A stretch of 64,000 bases of DNA, taken from Chiloscyllium plagiosum. Taxonomy: Eukaryota. Positions 51,354-64,000 of this stretch are shown here, piece by piece. The DNA lies in contig NC_057758.1 in NCBI RefSeq assembly GCF_004010195.1, positions 8,225,353 through 8,289,352 on the forward strand, given 5' to 3'. Under the pieces are notes generated by a model. It was not told the origin of the DNA, searched no databases, and worked only from the letters and a program-made list of their open reading frames with translations. The position numbers and the translations under genes were made by a program. The number at the start of each line of letters is the position of its first letter. Within the stretch, counting starts at the first letter, position 1.

Positions 51354-51869
51354 TGAGAGAACTAAAGAAGATCGAAATAATTTATTTCTCGGAAATCAGT
51401 AGCACGATGAACCCGTTTAGTTCCTCGAAACTGCGCAGCTGCTCGGAAGACCATGTATATTCTGTGGGTGATCTCCATATGCCTGCCTTGAGAACACATC
51501 CCTTGACATCCTTCCTCAATAAAAATGTGTCTATCTCAGATTTAAATCTAAGAATTGAAATATCATCAGCCGCCATTTGAAGATGGCATTTCTGAACCGA
51601 CACTACTCTGTGTGTAGAAGTGCTTTCTATTACCTCTCCTGAATGACGCTGACAGAATTCTTAGGTAATTTGGACATCGTTTACTGGAACCAGCATTTAT
51701 TGCTTGTTCTCAGTTGCCCTCTCGAGAAAGTGGTAGTAAGATGCCTTCTTGAACTGATGCAGTCTGAGTGCTGCAGGTTGACTTACAATACCCTTCGGAA
51801 GGGAATTCGTCCCAGCACAATTTTTGACTTTTAATTCAAATTGTGGACATTGTTTCTGTTTATCTCCCC

Positions 51870-52165
51870 TGACTTTCGCTACTGACTCCCTGAAGTCGTT
51901 GATTAGACCATCCTTTCACGGTTCAGATTCCGAGATGAAAAGGCTCTCATCACTCCTCAGAAATTAAGACGTGATGTTCAGGGTTTGTGCTTGTGCTCTT
52001 GTAATGAAATCTTTCCAATGCCTAAAGCTCCTTCCTGAAGACGTTGGCAGAGGAAATGGTTTGTGTTTCGGGTATTCCCAGAGGATTGGAGTTCTGTTGC
52101 TATCCGTTGTATTATATAATGGACTCTGTCAATGGAGAATGGAAGCAGATCTCGAATGACAAAAT
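51870..52165 (+). pseudogene. Decayed defensin-like exon G2
   Basis: RVCACALVMKSFQCLKLLPEDVGRGNGLCFGYSQ/RGLEFCCYP. Confidence 0.5.
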
Positions 52166-55100
52166 CCCTACAGTGTGGAAGTCAGTGATTCGGCCATCGT
52201 GTCCACATCGACTGTTTGAAAAACATCCCACTGAGACGCACCAGAAAACTTTGATCCTGTCAGCCTGCATTTCCGATGCTATGGAGGCTGATCACCAGGA
52301 GGCAACGCAAGCAAATGCAGGGAGAAGTTCAAACAATTAGTCACCCATTTGTGGAATCGACACGAGGTCCCTGGCACTGTTAAGCAGCAGGGCTAATCAC
52401 TGAGCACCAGTGCCTCATGGTGTATTAAACAAATATTTAGGAAAGTAACAAAACTCCCACTTGACCAGAACAATGGAAGAAATGGAAGGTATCGAGGAAA
52501 TGTATACCTTGATGAATGATAGTGAACGTGCCTTTGTGCGGGGCAGACCATGTTTCACAAGCCTAATGGAACTATTTGAGAATGTGGCAAAACACATTAA
52601 TCAGGGCAGAGCACTTGATGTACTCGAGATGAATTGCAGCATGGCGTTTGCTAATTCAGAAAGTAACAACGCGTGAGATTCAGGGAAATCTCGCTGTCTG
52701 GATATAGATTTGCCTGGCCCACAGAAGAGGAGAATAGTCGTAGATAGAAAGTATTCAGCCTGGATCTCAGTGGCCAGTGGTGTTCTGCAGGGGTCTGTTC
52801 TGGAAAATTTGTTCATTGTGATTTTTATAAATGACTCGCATGTGGAAGTGAAAGGGTGTTTAGACAAATATGCCGATGACACAAAGGTTACTGCGGGTCC
52901 TGATATGTGGAGTGCTGTTATAGGTTGTAACGGGAGACTGACAGGATGTACAGCGGGTCTGAGAGGTAACAGGCAGATTCTAACTAGAAAAAGCGTAAAG
53001 TGTTTCATTGTGAAATTTGGAATTATAATGTTGATTACAGGGGTAAAGGCAAGATTTTTGTCATTGTGGTGGAACAGAGGGATCTTGGGATGCACGCACA
53101 TAGATTCCTGAAAGTTGCCACCCAAGTTGAAAGGGTTGTTCAGAAGGTGTATGATGTGCTGGCTATTGTTAGCAGCGGAATCAGATTACGAACCGCAAGG
53201 TTATGCTGCATGTCTATGAACCCACCCATTCCCCTACGCCTAACACTGCGGGCAATTTAGCACGGTCAATTCACCTGACCTGCACATCTTTGGACTGTGG
53301 GAGGAAACCGGAGAAAACCCACGCAGACACGGGGAGAATGTGCAAACTCCACACAGTCAGTCGCCTGAGTCGGGAATTGAACCAGGTCTCTGAGCGCTGT
53401 GAGGCAGCAGTGCTAACCACTGTGCCACCGTACTGCCCAAAAGGGATGCTTCCTCAGGTCGGGATTTGTAGAAGGATAGGTCCATGTTTTAAAATAAAGG
53501 TATGAATTCAGAACATAGATGAGGAAGAATTTTTTTTCTGAAAGAGCCATCGATTTGTGGAACTCTCTGACGCGGGATGCAGTGAATGCTGGGATACTAG
53601 TAAACGTAAAGAAGAGGTGGACAGATTTTTACCTGACTTCGGCTGAAGAGATGGGACTGGAATGTAGAGTTGGCGGTTGGGAAAAGGTCAACCATGATTA
53701 CATTAAATGACCGCTGGCTTGAGGGATTTCCTATCCTTCTCCTTTTCCTTGTTCTTCACCTCTCACACAACACAATTAACCCTGGGCTCATTTATTATAA
53801 TGAGACACTGGCACGTTCCCTGCACCCTTTCCTCCAGCAAACCAACTCTGTTACCGAAATGATTTAAAAGTAAACAGGAGTTTGGCATCTTGCATGTTCA
53901 ACTTTGCAAGTCATGCGACAGAGTTACTGGCTGAACCCTCAAATGTTTGCTGTTTTTCCACACCGTTCACACAAAGGGACGTGAGATACTGTTTCCAAAT
54001 TTGTGGATGGCAGAAAGATAGCCCGAAAGAAAAATAACTCAATAGTAATCCTTGGACGTGATGTAAGTAAATTTCATGAAGGCTGGATATCAGGTGCTCC
54101 TGCGCAGATATAGAATGTTCAGTGTGCAAGCACGGTATACAGGCATGGAGAGAAGAACGATTGCTCGGGCAGGAAGTAAACAGGAGTTTGGCATCTTGCA
54201 TGTTCAACTTTGCAAGTCATGGGACAGAGTTACTGGCTGAACCCTCAAATGTTTGCTGTTTTTTCCACACCGTTCACACAAAGGGACGTGAGATACTGTT
54301 TCCAAATTTGTGGATGGCAGAAAGATAGCCCGAAAGAAAAATAACTCAATAAGACAGTTCTGAACATGAGTGCAGAATTAGATTTAACATTGATAAGTTT
54401 AGGAAACGCTCTTGGGAAGAAGAATCATGGTAGGAGAGTACTCAAGATTCGTGGGTCATGAGAAGGCTCAAAGGAATAGAGGAATCTTCGGAGCGTGTCC
54501 ACATGTTAATGGTAGAATTAAGAAGGACCGTGTTGTCTTTACCATTCGACACATCGCTTATGAAAGCAGGAGGTTATGTTGGATCTGTACAGAACTTCAG
54601 TTTGGGCAGAGATGAAATATTGTGCGTACTCCTGGTAATCACGCAATGGGAAGGATATCTTGTACTGGAGGGAGAAAAGAGGAGGTGGCAAATTTAATTG
54701 AGTTACAAGCTTGCAGAGAAGCAAATATCTGCACATTTCTGTCTTAATTCGGAAGTCCCTTATTCTCAAACTATTGCCTGCCGTTCTCGATATACCGAGG
54801 AGAGGAAAAATCAGCTCGAACATAAATTTGACTTTCTTTTTAGGCAGATCACACAGACTCACAGATTCATACAGTCTGGAGAATATTGTTTTGTTAACAT
54901 AGAAAAAAATGCAAGAGGAAGAAAACTATACTTCAGTAATACAGGGCATTGGTGACACTGCAACTTGGAGAACTGAGCAGTGAACAATTTCGATGCATGC
55001 AGATGACTCGAAACCTGGGAGAACAGTAAACTGTGTGAAGGACAGTACAGAGATTCAAAAGGACACTAGCAAATTGGTAGAGTTGGCAGGTAAGAGGTAG

Positions 55101-55753
55101 ACACATTTCAATTCAGAGAAGTGAAAGGGGACGCACTTTATTGGAAGATCACTGAAAGGCAATATAAAATTGGGATTGGGTGGTACAGGTGGCAGAAATT
55201 TAAAGGGGGGCAGGCGCAAAGAAACATGCATGTATCTGTGTGCAGATAATAGACCTTGGTAGGACAAAGGGAGACAACAGCAAAGAAAGAATAAACTGGT
55301 GCAACTGCTTTCCCTGGAGAGAAAATGGCTGAGAGGAGATATGACGGAGATTTCAAAATCATGGCATGGGGTTGAACTGTGTACACAGGGAGAAGGCTTT
55401 ACCATTTGTAAAAGAATCAAGAATGAGATGGGCGTATGGTCGCATCGTTAAGGTGGGTGCAAATGAAACAATAGTGAAGACAGTAAGATCTTTTCCACCC
55501 AGTGAGTACTTAGGGTTTGGAATGCATGGCCTGGAGGTATACTCATGGCAAGTTCAATTAATAGTTTCAAGACGGAAGTCGGGTATTTGTTGGTGTGGAA
55601 ATGAGATGCAGTGATCTGGGGAAAGAGTCACGAAGTTTACATCGGGGATAGAACAGCAGTGTACACAGCCGGCCGAATAGCATCCGAGTGCACCCGAAAT
55701 ATTCTGGGGGATTCTGTGACCGTGGAATTCGACTTCCTTCCCCATGCTTCCAG

Positions 55754-56080
55754 CGAGCAGAACAGACGAACAAACTGTTTGCTTCCTTGCCGATTATGAA
55801 AATGAATGTAAAAAAGCTGGTGGCATGTGCCCAGTCAATGTGTGCCCATCGGTTTAGGTATAACCTGTTCTGAGGCTGTGCCTGCCTGAAGAACACTGTT
55901 GCAAGAATCGGCGATCTCAGACACAAGTGCCGCACGAGAGCCATGAGGATACTGACTTCAGTTGATTCTTAATTTGACTGTGGAGTCTAAGTAAGGTCGG
56001 ACTGTTTAACCGATGTTCACCGAGAGGTGTGACTTAAAACTAGCTGAATTGTTAACCAGTCCTTGTCCATGCCGCGTTCG
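55754..56080 (+). pseudogene. Beta-defensin-like exon A3 (orphaned; 5' exons deleted)
   Basis: TTCCAG|CG then SRTDEQTVCFLADYENECKKAGGMCPVNVCPSV*V*PVLRLCLPEEHCCKNRR. Confidence 0.78.
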
Positions 56081-57859
56081 GTGCCAAATGCACAGAGAAC
56101 ACTGGTGAAAGCACAGGACGTCTGGTAGTTTTAGCGTACAGAGAGGAAATCAGAACTTGCATTTCGAGTCTGGTTGGACTTTTCTGCAGAGAGAAACCCC
56201 AACTATTCTGGCAGCAAATACATGCAGAGTGAGAAATGAAGGGGGGTGGAGGGAGACAGTGAGAAAGAGAGAGAGGGCGCGAGAGAGGGATAACACAGAG
56301 GGCGGAATATTGTTCAAGATCAAGGAATGAAAGATTATCGCAAATGCAGAGGAATATGATTTAGAATGAAAACAGCCATGATCAGGGATTTGATTAAAAG
56401 TTACAGAATACTGAGCGGCCTGGATAGAATGGGCATGACGAAGATGTATCCGTCTTTGGGAAAGGCTGGGATCCGAGGGCAAAGCCTCAGAGTAACGGGG
56501 CACACCTCGAGAATTGATTAAGGAATAACGTCTTCAGGCAGAGAATTGGTGAATCGTGAAACTAATGTGAAGCCCATCCCACCTACAGTATTCCATGAAT
56601 GTCCAATGACGACTTAAATACACTTTAACTTGGCGAATCTACTAGCGATGCAGGCAATGCATTCCATACCCTTACTACTCTCTGAGGAAAGAACCTACCT
56701 CTGACATCTGTCTTATACCTATCTCCCCTCACTTTAAAGTTGTGTCCCCTCGTGTTTGCCGTCTCCATACTCGGAAAAAGGCTCTCCCTGTCTACCTTAT
56801 CTCACCCTCTGATTATCTTTTATGTCTCTATTAAGTCACCTCTCAACCTTCTTCTCTCTAACGAGAACAGCCTCAAGGCCCTCAGCCTTTCCTCGTAAGA
56901 CATTCCTTCCATACCAGGCAACATCCTAGTAAATCTCCTCTGCACCCTTTCCAAAGCTTCTGCATCCTTCTTATAATGCGGTGATCAGAGCTGTACACAA
57001 TACTCCAAGTGTGGCCGTATCAGAGCTTTGTACAGCTGCAGCATAACCTCCTGGTTCCGGAAATCAATCCCTCTATTAATAAAGGCCAAAACACTGTATG
57101 CCTTCTTAACAACCCTGTCAATCTGGGTGGAAATTTTCAGGGATCTGTGTACATGGACACCAAGATCTCTCTGCTCAGGTGCACTCCCAAGAATCCTACC
57201 ATTAGCCCACTACTTTGCATCCCGATTACTCCAGCCAAAGTGAATCACCACACACTTGTCCGCATTAACTCCATTTGTCACCGCTCAGCCCAGCTCTGCA
57301 TCCTATCTATGTCTCTCTGCAACCTACTACACCCTTCGTCAGTCTCCAGATATACAGGCTCTTGATTGGGAAGACGATCACGAGTTACTGTAGGGGTGGG
57401 GTCGGTTGGAACGCATGAGGTCTGATCGAATGTTGGAGCATGTCCAGGAGCAATATGGTCAAATTCTGCATTTAAGTTCCACAATCGTATGATTCTATGG
57501 AATGAGGCAGCAGGCTTAATGACCAAGTGAACGACAATGGTCCCTTATGCGTGTATCGGCAGCTGTTAAGTGCAAATGGGGCTTCACATTGTCAGGCGTC
57601 AGTGGTAATGAATGTGAGCGAGTCGAGGTTGACCAAAAAGAGAGTACCGCAGTTTCCGCGAGCTCACACTGAGAAAATGATCTCCGTGTCAGCGGGCGAA
57701 AACTGTGGGAGTGTCAGTGTAACTTGAATAGAACGGGGGAGTCATGAGAATTGACAAGCCGCTCTGAGCTGCACTGAGCACAGTCATGTCAAAGTGTCAG
57801 TAATGAGGGAGCAAAAAATCAGTCTGTCGGATGGGCTGCACTGAGGTCAGCACTCGGTA

Positions 57860-58391
57860 CTGGAAAGCCAGATCTGGTGGAGCACCACACTGTTGGAGAG
57901 TCAGTTCTGATGTAATCCTGCACATACACAAGTGCAATCCAGCATGATTTGCTGAATGATGGTGAGTTAGGTTGGAATAAACATGGCAGGGGTAGAAGCA
58001 GGAAATTGAGCAAGGGTTGCTCTGCACAGAGATCTCCAGACATACCAGGATGACCACAAAATGGCGAGACGATTATATTGATATCTCTGATTCCTGAAGT
58101 TATTCCGTGCCCTCACTGACCAACAGACAAATTCATTAACACATTTATCCCGTGAGAATCCAAACCATCATCCCTGACAGTTCCAAACCATCTTCTTGGC
58201 ATGTCTATCTGACGACAGGGTCGATCCATCCAGAGTGGGCTGCAAAGTGGCAAACCAATGGGAGGAGATTCCAGTCGGTTGGAGCAATTCTCGGGTCCCA
58301 AAAATTCATTGGACCAAACGTGGCCGATGGCAGAGATGGGGGCCTTGAATGTGCACCCATCCGAGAAACACTGGGAAGAGATAAAGGAATA
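57860..58391 (-). pseudogene. Multi-domain defensin-like exon D3
   Basis: Inverted paralog of 8830-9360. Confidence 0.45.
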
Positions 58392-58455
58392 CTACCGCAG
58401 GAGAAAACATCAGTATTAATCTCGCATTCGACAGCAGCTTTTGAAACATACGTGT

Positions 58456-58526
<71 letters not shown>

Positions 58527-61500
58527 CTTCTAATAAAAACTTGTTCAAGCATTATTAAAAAAAGGCAATCAGAAATCAGTTTTAATGGGCGGAGAAGTTA
58601 TAGACATGCATCTTTTTTACGCACTCATGCCACGTGAGAATCTCTGGCTATCCAGCATTTAATGCCCAACTTTAGTTTCCCCCTTAACAAGGTGGTTGTG
58701 AGTGCTTGATCGCCATGGTCTTACATTGCTATGTGGGAGACTGTTCAGAAATGAGACTCAGTGACATGGAAGGAAAGGCCGGTTTGGATTGGGGAATATC
58801 ACTCAGAAATCCATTACAGTTCACACTTGTTTCAAACATCGACAAAATAACTCAATTTCAGAGCTGACATGAAGGTCGCAAAACTGGTCTCAATGGATAT
58901 CAAGGGGCAAACTCTCCATTGGTTAGGGTGATAATCATAAGATATGCCAAATGTCAAGGTTGTTGGAGGTCAGTAACCTCAGAACCAGAACATCTCTCCT
59001 CAGGATAGTGACCAAGGCTAAATTATCGTCAGCTACTCTACCATAACGTCATGATTACGGATGTTCCTGATGACTGCCCAATGTTCATCATCATTTGCAT
59101 CTACCTAGTTACGGAAGCAGTCCATTTTAAAGTGCAACAATATGAGTACGATGTCTCGGCTCGGCTGACAAGTGGCAAGGCAAACAGAAGACTGCAGATT
59201 CTGGAGATAAGAGCCCAGAGTGTAGTCTGGAAAAGCATCACTGGCCAGACAGCATCTGCGGAGCAGGAAAATCATCGTTCAGACTAAAGCACTACCTCAG
59301 GGCTTTTACCCAAACCATCGATATTCCTGCTCCTCGAATATTACCTGGTTTGCTCTCGTTTCCAGCACCACACCCTCAACTGACAAGTTGCATGTCACAT
59401 CCACGTCATGCACATGCCAAATTATCACCCCTACAAATAAGAGACAATCTAACAATTGACCCGACTCAGTCAATGTTGTTACAATCAATAAGTCCTCAAA
59501 ATGAACATCCTGCGCTTTATGTCTGATAAGGAACTCAACTGGACTCACCACGTAAACACATTAGCTACAGGAAGCGGTCAGCGACGAGGAATACTGTGGC
59601 TAATAACTCAGGTCTTAACTCCACTAAGCCTCGACATAATCTAAAAGGTACAGATCATGAGTGTGATGGACTACCACATCACTTGTGTGGATAAGTGCAG
59701 CTGTAACAACGCTTAAGACGTTTTGAACCATCCAAGACAAAGCAGTGCATGAATGGCATTATGTTCCCAACTATTCAAACTCTCGAACGCCCAAGCTCAG
59801 GAGCAATAGTGTGTACTTTATATCGGATGTTATGTCAAAATTCAGCAAATTTCACTCAGATCGCACTGTCAAAATTCATGACAAATTTGCCTTCCAAGAA
59901 AAAGTGTAGCAGATTAATGGTGAAGCTATCACCTGAAAGGTTTCCTCCAAGCCACTCATATCCTGACTTAGAACAAACAAAAGGAAGTATATCACAGGAA
60001 CAGGCCCTCAGCCTTCCAAACCCTCGCCGAACATTATGCCCTAATTAAAATAAAACAAAAGCCTTATGTTCTTTTTCAGTCTGTATCCCTCTATTCCCTG
60101 CCAATTCACGTAATGATCCAAATGACTTTTAAATATTGCCTACGTGATTGTTTTCATCATCTCATGTGGCAGTTGTTCCAGACTCCTACCCATCTTGCTG
60201 GAAGTTCTTCCCTCGCACGTCTCCATTAGTGAATACCGATGCAACGTTTTCATTAAAAATATTTCCAATTTCTGTGGTCCATGCATAATTTCAAATGCAC
60301 GCCCTTTATTCTCGGGTGTGCCTATTCTTTCCTTGCTACACTCTTGTTTCTCATCTATGCATGAAAAGTCCTGGGATTCTCCTTGACCCAATTTGCTGAA
60401 GACATTTCGTGGTCGTTTTAAGGATTCCTAATTCCACACTTAACCTCCTTACTAATTTACTCTGTACTCCCAAAGTGCGTTGTCAGTTTGTAACTGCCTA
60501 GATATATTGTACTCTTATTTTTACCCTTTTTAACTTCGCTTGCAATTCGCCTTGTTACCCACAATTCTGAATCTCGTCAGGCCTCAAAATTTCCAGATGC
60601 ACATTGGCCCTCAAATAACCGTCCAATCTACATTCACCAGTCATTATCTAATTAAATGCAATTGGTCTTTTCTGAATTTAACACTCTCATCAGACGGCCA
60701 CTCTTGTCCATGACTGCTCGAAATCTTATGAAATTATAGTCACTAAGTCCAAAACGTTCTCCTACTGAAACATTGATCAACTGTTCTGCCTCATTCAGTA
60801 ATCTCAAGTCTAGTATGGACTCATCTCTCGTTGTATTGTCAATGCACTGTCGCAAAAGCAATCTTTCTGGACACTTCCAATAATTTTGTCTCCATCTGAT
60901 CCCCTGGATCTAAGTGAGTCCCAATCAATAACAGAAAGGTAACCAAGTACCCTGCTTTCTCCAAACGTTTTCAGTAACTCACTACCTATCTGTGCCTCTG
61001 TCTCCTCCACTGACTCCGAGCCCAGCGACATCTCTCTGCCTATTCTAACTCTAACCTATGCCTATCTCAGTCTCACATTTGTCCCTACTCTCTCCCAAAT
61101 ATATTTGGAACTATATAGTTGTTGCGTCACTGTCGCTGGGCCAAAATCACTTCCTGATATTATTGTGGGTCAACAATGGCCTGCAGCCGTTCAAGATGTA
61201 TGCTCATCACCGTGTTCTGAAGGGAAGTAAGGATCGGCAATGAATGCTGGCCAACCAGTAAAACACACGCCCCACAACCACTGCTACAAATAAAATTCCA
61301 TGTCATGTTCAAGTTCCAGTATACAAGTTCAGCGGGTAAGAGAGCAGTCAAGGAGAATATTGGCCGATATTTCAAAGAGAATAGTGTCCAATATTAAGTT
61401 GATCAAACGATACAAGATACTATTCATGCAACTTCAGAAATTTTGCAAACAGTTTTCTTTCATCGCTATGATAGAGAACGATGTGCTTATTGGTTGGGCC

Positions 61501-61641
61501 AGAAGTTATGACTCATCCCTACTTTCCATCTGTCCATTGCCTACTCATCCAATATATATTTAACTATGTCAGCTCTGGTCAATGATTCAAAACAGGTCAT
61601 CTTTCAATCGAACATAACGAGCACGCGCCCAATACACGAGA

Positions 61642-64000
61642 ATGGAAGATCTTGGACAGTGGGAATAGCGTTGCTTTTGAAGGTTTGTGTTGGAAGGTTT
61701 GCATTTTTAATCTGTCCAAAGCATTAATCATAAAGTAACTTATGGTGGACGCTGGAAATCTGAAATAACGCCGGCACAATGTCCCAGTAAAGAATTCTAC
61801 ACTGGAATGTTTACTATTTTATTTCCTCCCTCAAGTAATTCTATTCGACTTGACGTGTATTCCCGGGGTTTCGGGTGTAGCTTTCAGCGGAAAACTGTTG
61901 TTAAATCACCTTAAAGTTTCACTGCACATCTCTGGTCACCGCAGCCCTGATGCCTTTCCCACTATATGTATTTTTGTCTTCCTCATGTTAATCTGTCCAC
62001 CACATGTAGTGTATCCAAATCATTCCATACAGATCATTTCTTACTCCTTGATCACTCTCTCCATTTGGAAGAAAGGTAAAGATATACATACGTACAGCAA
62101 GATCCAGATTTTAGCTGACTCCTCTTCTACACATGCGTTTGCAACGACTGAATGGCTTTTCCAGCAAGAAATTTCCTAATTTTGTGACCGTATACCCCAC
62201 TTTGCATTGAGTGTCTGATTTATTTTGTATGCGGCACACTTGGAATTTATAATCTGGTTCGACAGAGAATCATAGAACGTGATTTGAAATCAACGCATTT
62301 GATTTTCTTCGAGTTTGGATTACTCTAATTTCATGGTGTGACACTCAAACACATTAATAATATCACGGGAGCGATTGCTCAATATAAAAGTGACTTGCAT
62401 TGAAGATGCGTCTATTTTGTCAGCAGTAACCATCAGTGAATCCACAACATAAGAGCCAACTTGAAGTAGTCAGTAATCTAACAGATAGAGGGTATGTTTT
62501 ACCCTATACTTGAAGCTATTGGTGTTACTTGTAAAACTATCACTCCAGTGTTGGTTATATAAGAAAATATTTAACTGTGTTTTAATGTTCATGAATAAAA
62601 TTTAACATGTTTGCCAGAATTTACTCATTTCCAAGCCAAGTCATTCTCCCAGAGGCTGAACGGGCACGTCTTTTCTTGTTTTGCTCAGACTACAGAAATG
62701 TGACAGATTCATAAACACTGTGGAAGTTATGTAATTCCAAAATAAAACATTTGCTCTAAATTATTTCCTTTGTTAGATATAATGGCATATGTGTGAGTGC
62801 AACGGTGGCACAGTGGTGAGCACTGCTGCCTCACAGAGCCAGAGACCAGCGTTCAATTCCCGCCTCAGGCGACTGCCTGCGTGGAGTTTGCACATTCTCC
62901 TCGTGTCTGAGTGGGTTTGCTCCGGTTTTCTCCCACAGTCCAAAGATGTGCAGGTTAGGTGAATTGGCCATGCTAAATTGTCCGTAGTGTTAGGTGAAGT
63001 GGTAAATGTATGGGTGGGTTGCGCTTCAGCGGGTCGTTGTGGACTTGTTCGGCCGAAGGGTCGGTTTCCACACTGTAAGTAATCTAATCTAATTGGTTGA
63101 AAGAAATGCTTGATAAGTATCCTTGAGTGCGTTTACGAATGTTCTATTGAAAATACATAAATTAAATGATTAGATGTCACCGTAAGTCACTCGGTGACTA
63201 TCTTTTCTTTATCATCATATTTTATGTGTCTCCTGACCGCCACACATAAATATACCTGCCAGTCTTGATGATGCATTGAACCTGTTCTCATTTGCCACAG
63301 TTTTGACTGACTACAATATGAGTACACTGCATAGCAAAGTTTAGTTTAGTTACTTTTTGTTATATCATCCTTAACTGAGAGATACAAGAAGTTAGGTTTA
63401 GAAACATCCGGGTAAGTGATTTCTTTTTTTTAATTTCCATCAGGCAAAAATAGTGTGACGTGTAATTATCTTGGATAAGTACGCACACTGCATTATATCT
63501 GATGGTACATAAAGTATAAATCTAGAAGATGAATATTAGAATTATCTTATAATCAGTTGGAAAAGACGTGCTTTATTCGATCTGTGTTCATTTGTGTCAA
63601 GCATTTACATATTGATATTGCCGTGTCGATGTTTTGTGTGTTGTAATCTGCATGGGTTACTCTGTCCATTTTTTTAACTCTATCATCTGCATGTCAGATT
63701 TCACTCTGTGATCTTCTTCTACTGATCACAAAGAATCTTTTCACTATATTTAGTTACACGGGACAATGAATCAAATCAAATCAAATCATAGACTGATCAG
63801 AAGAAAGTGGAATAATACTGTTAAGATGCAAAATCACGGTACATTTTAAGGAATAAAAGAAGTTTCAACTACAAAATGCCATGAATTGCACGGAACCGAC
63901 TGACATCACTCGCCGCATCCTATAACTGCATTCGCTATTCTATTCCTGTAGTATCTGGATTTTATGCCTGACCAGAAATGTAAATCCATCAACTGTGAAA
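61642..64000 (+). pseudogene. Cys-rich pseudogene B3 (exons 61642-61696, 62033-62075, 63952 onward)
   Basis: Paralog of B2 with extra small deletions. The last exon starts YLDFMPDQKCKSINCE and runs off the window. Confidence 0.55.
62800..63092 (+). mobile_element. HE1-like V-SINE (paralog of 4112-4362)
   Basis: A/B boxes, V-domain and aatct tail. Confidence 0.88.

Larger units (their letters stand above)
48758..53220. repeat. Segmental duplication block Y, copy 2
   Basis: Direct copy of 35455-39637. Confidence 0.95.
53221..64000. repeat. Segmental duplication block X, copy 3 (inverted relative to copy 1; continues past the window end)
   Basis: Reverse complement of 3203-14407. Confidence 0.95.

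Noticed and set aside
58213..58419. Protein-like frame ending EKHWEEIKEYYRRRKHQY*
   Set aside because: It is antisense to exon D, has no convincing start or acceptor, and the frame is broken by an indel in copy 1.

Overview
Repeat-rich vertebrate DNA with two 500-nt assembly gaps. It is very probably elasmobranch: it carries HE1-type V-SINEs with aatct tails, CR1/HER1 LINEs and Penelope-like elements (inference, no database search). No intact protein-coding gene is evident, and almost all ORF-track entries are TE, microsatellite, gap or antisense artefacts. Many stretches between the TEs are decayed exons encoding beta-defensin-like Cys motifs, mostly behind phase-1 splice acceptors and in several cases linked to recognisable signal-peptide exons. 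I count about 11 paralogous lineages in about 19 copies, and many exons appear to hold 2-3 tandem domains. The clearest reads ASRTDEQTVCFLADYENDCKNAGGMCSVNVCPTFKV*PVLRLCPPEEHCCKNRR (11394-11605, minus strand). Every copy is disrupted or lacks part of the six-Cys motif, so this looks like a pseudogene graveyard of a multi-domain defensin-like family. It was amplified by recent segmental duplication: 3203-16246 recurs inverted at 41113-48257 and 53221-64000, and 35455-39637 recurs directly at 48758-53220. Also present are a 54-bp degenerate satellite split by a long CR1, a Penelope insertion with a 12-bp TSD that disrupts a signal-peptide exon, and degenerate minimal hammerhead ribozyme cores. 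Translations and alignments were done by eye and need HMM/BLAST confirmation.
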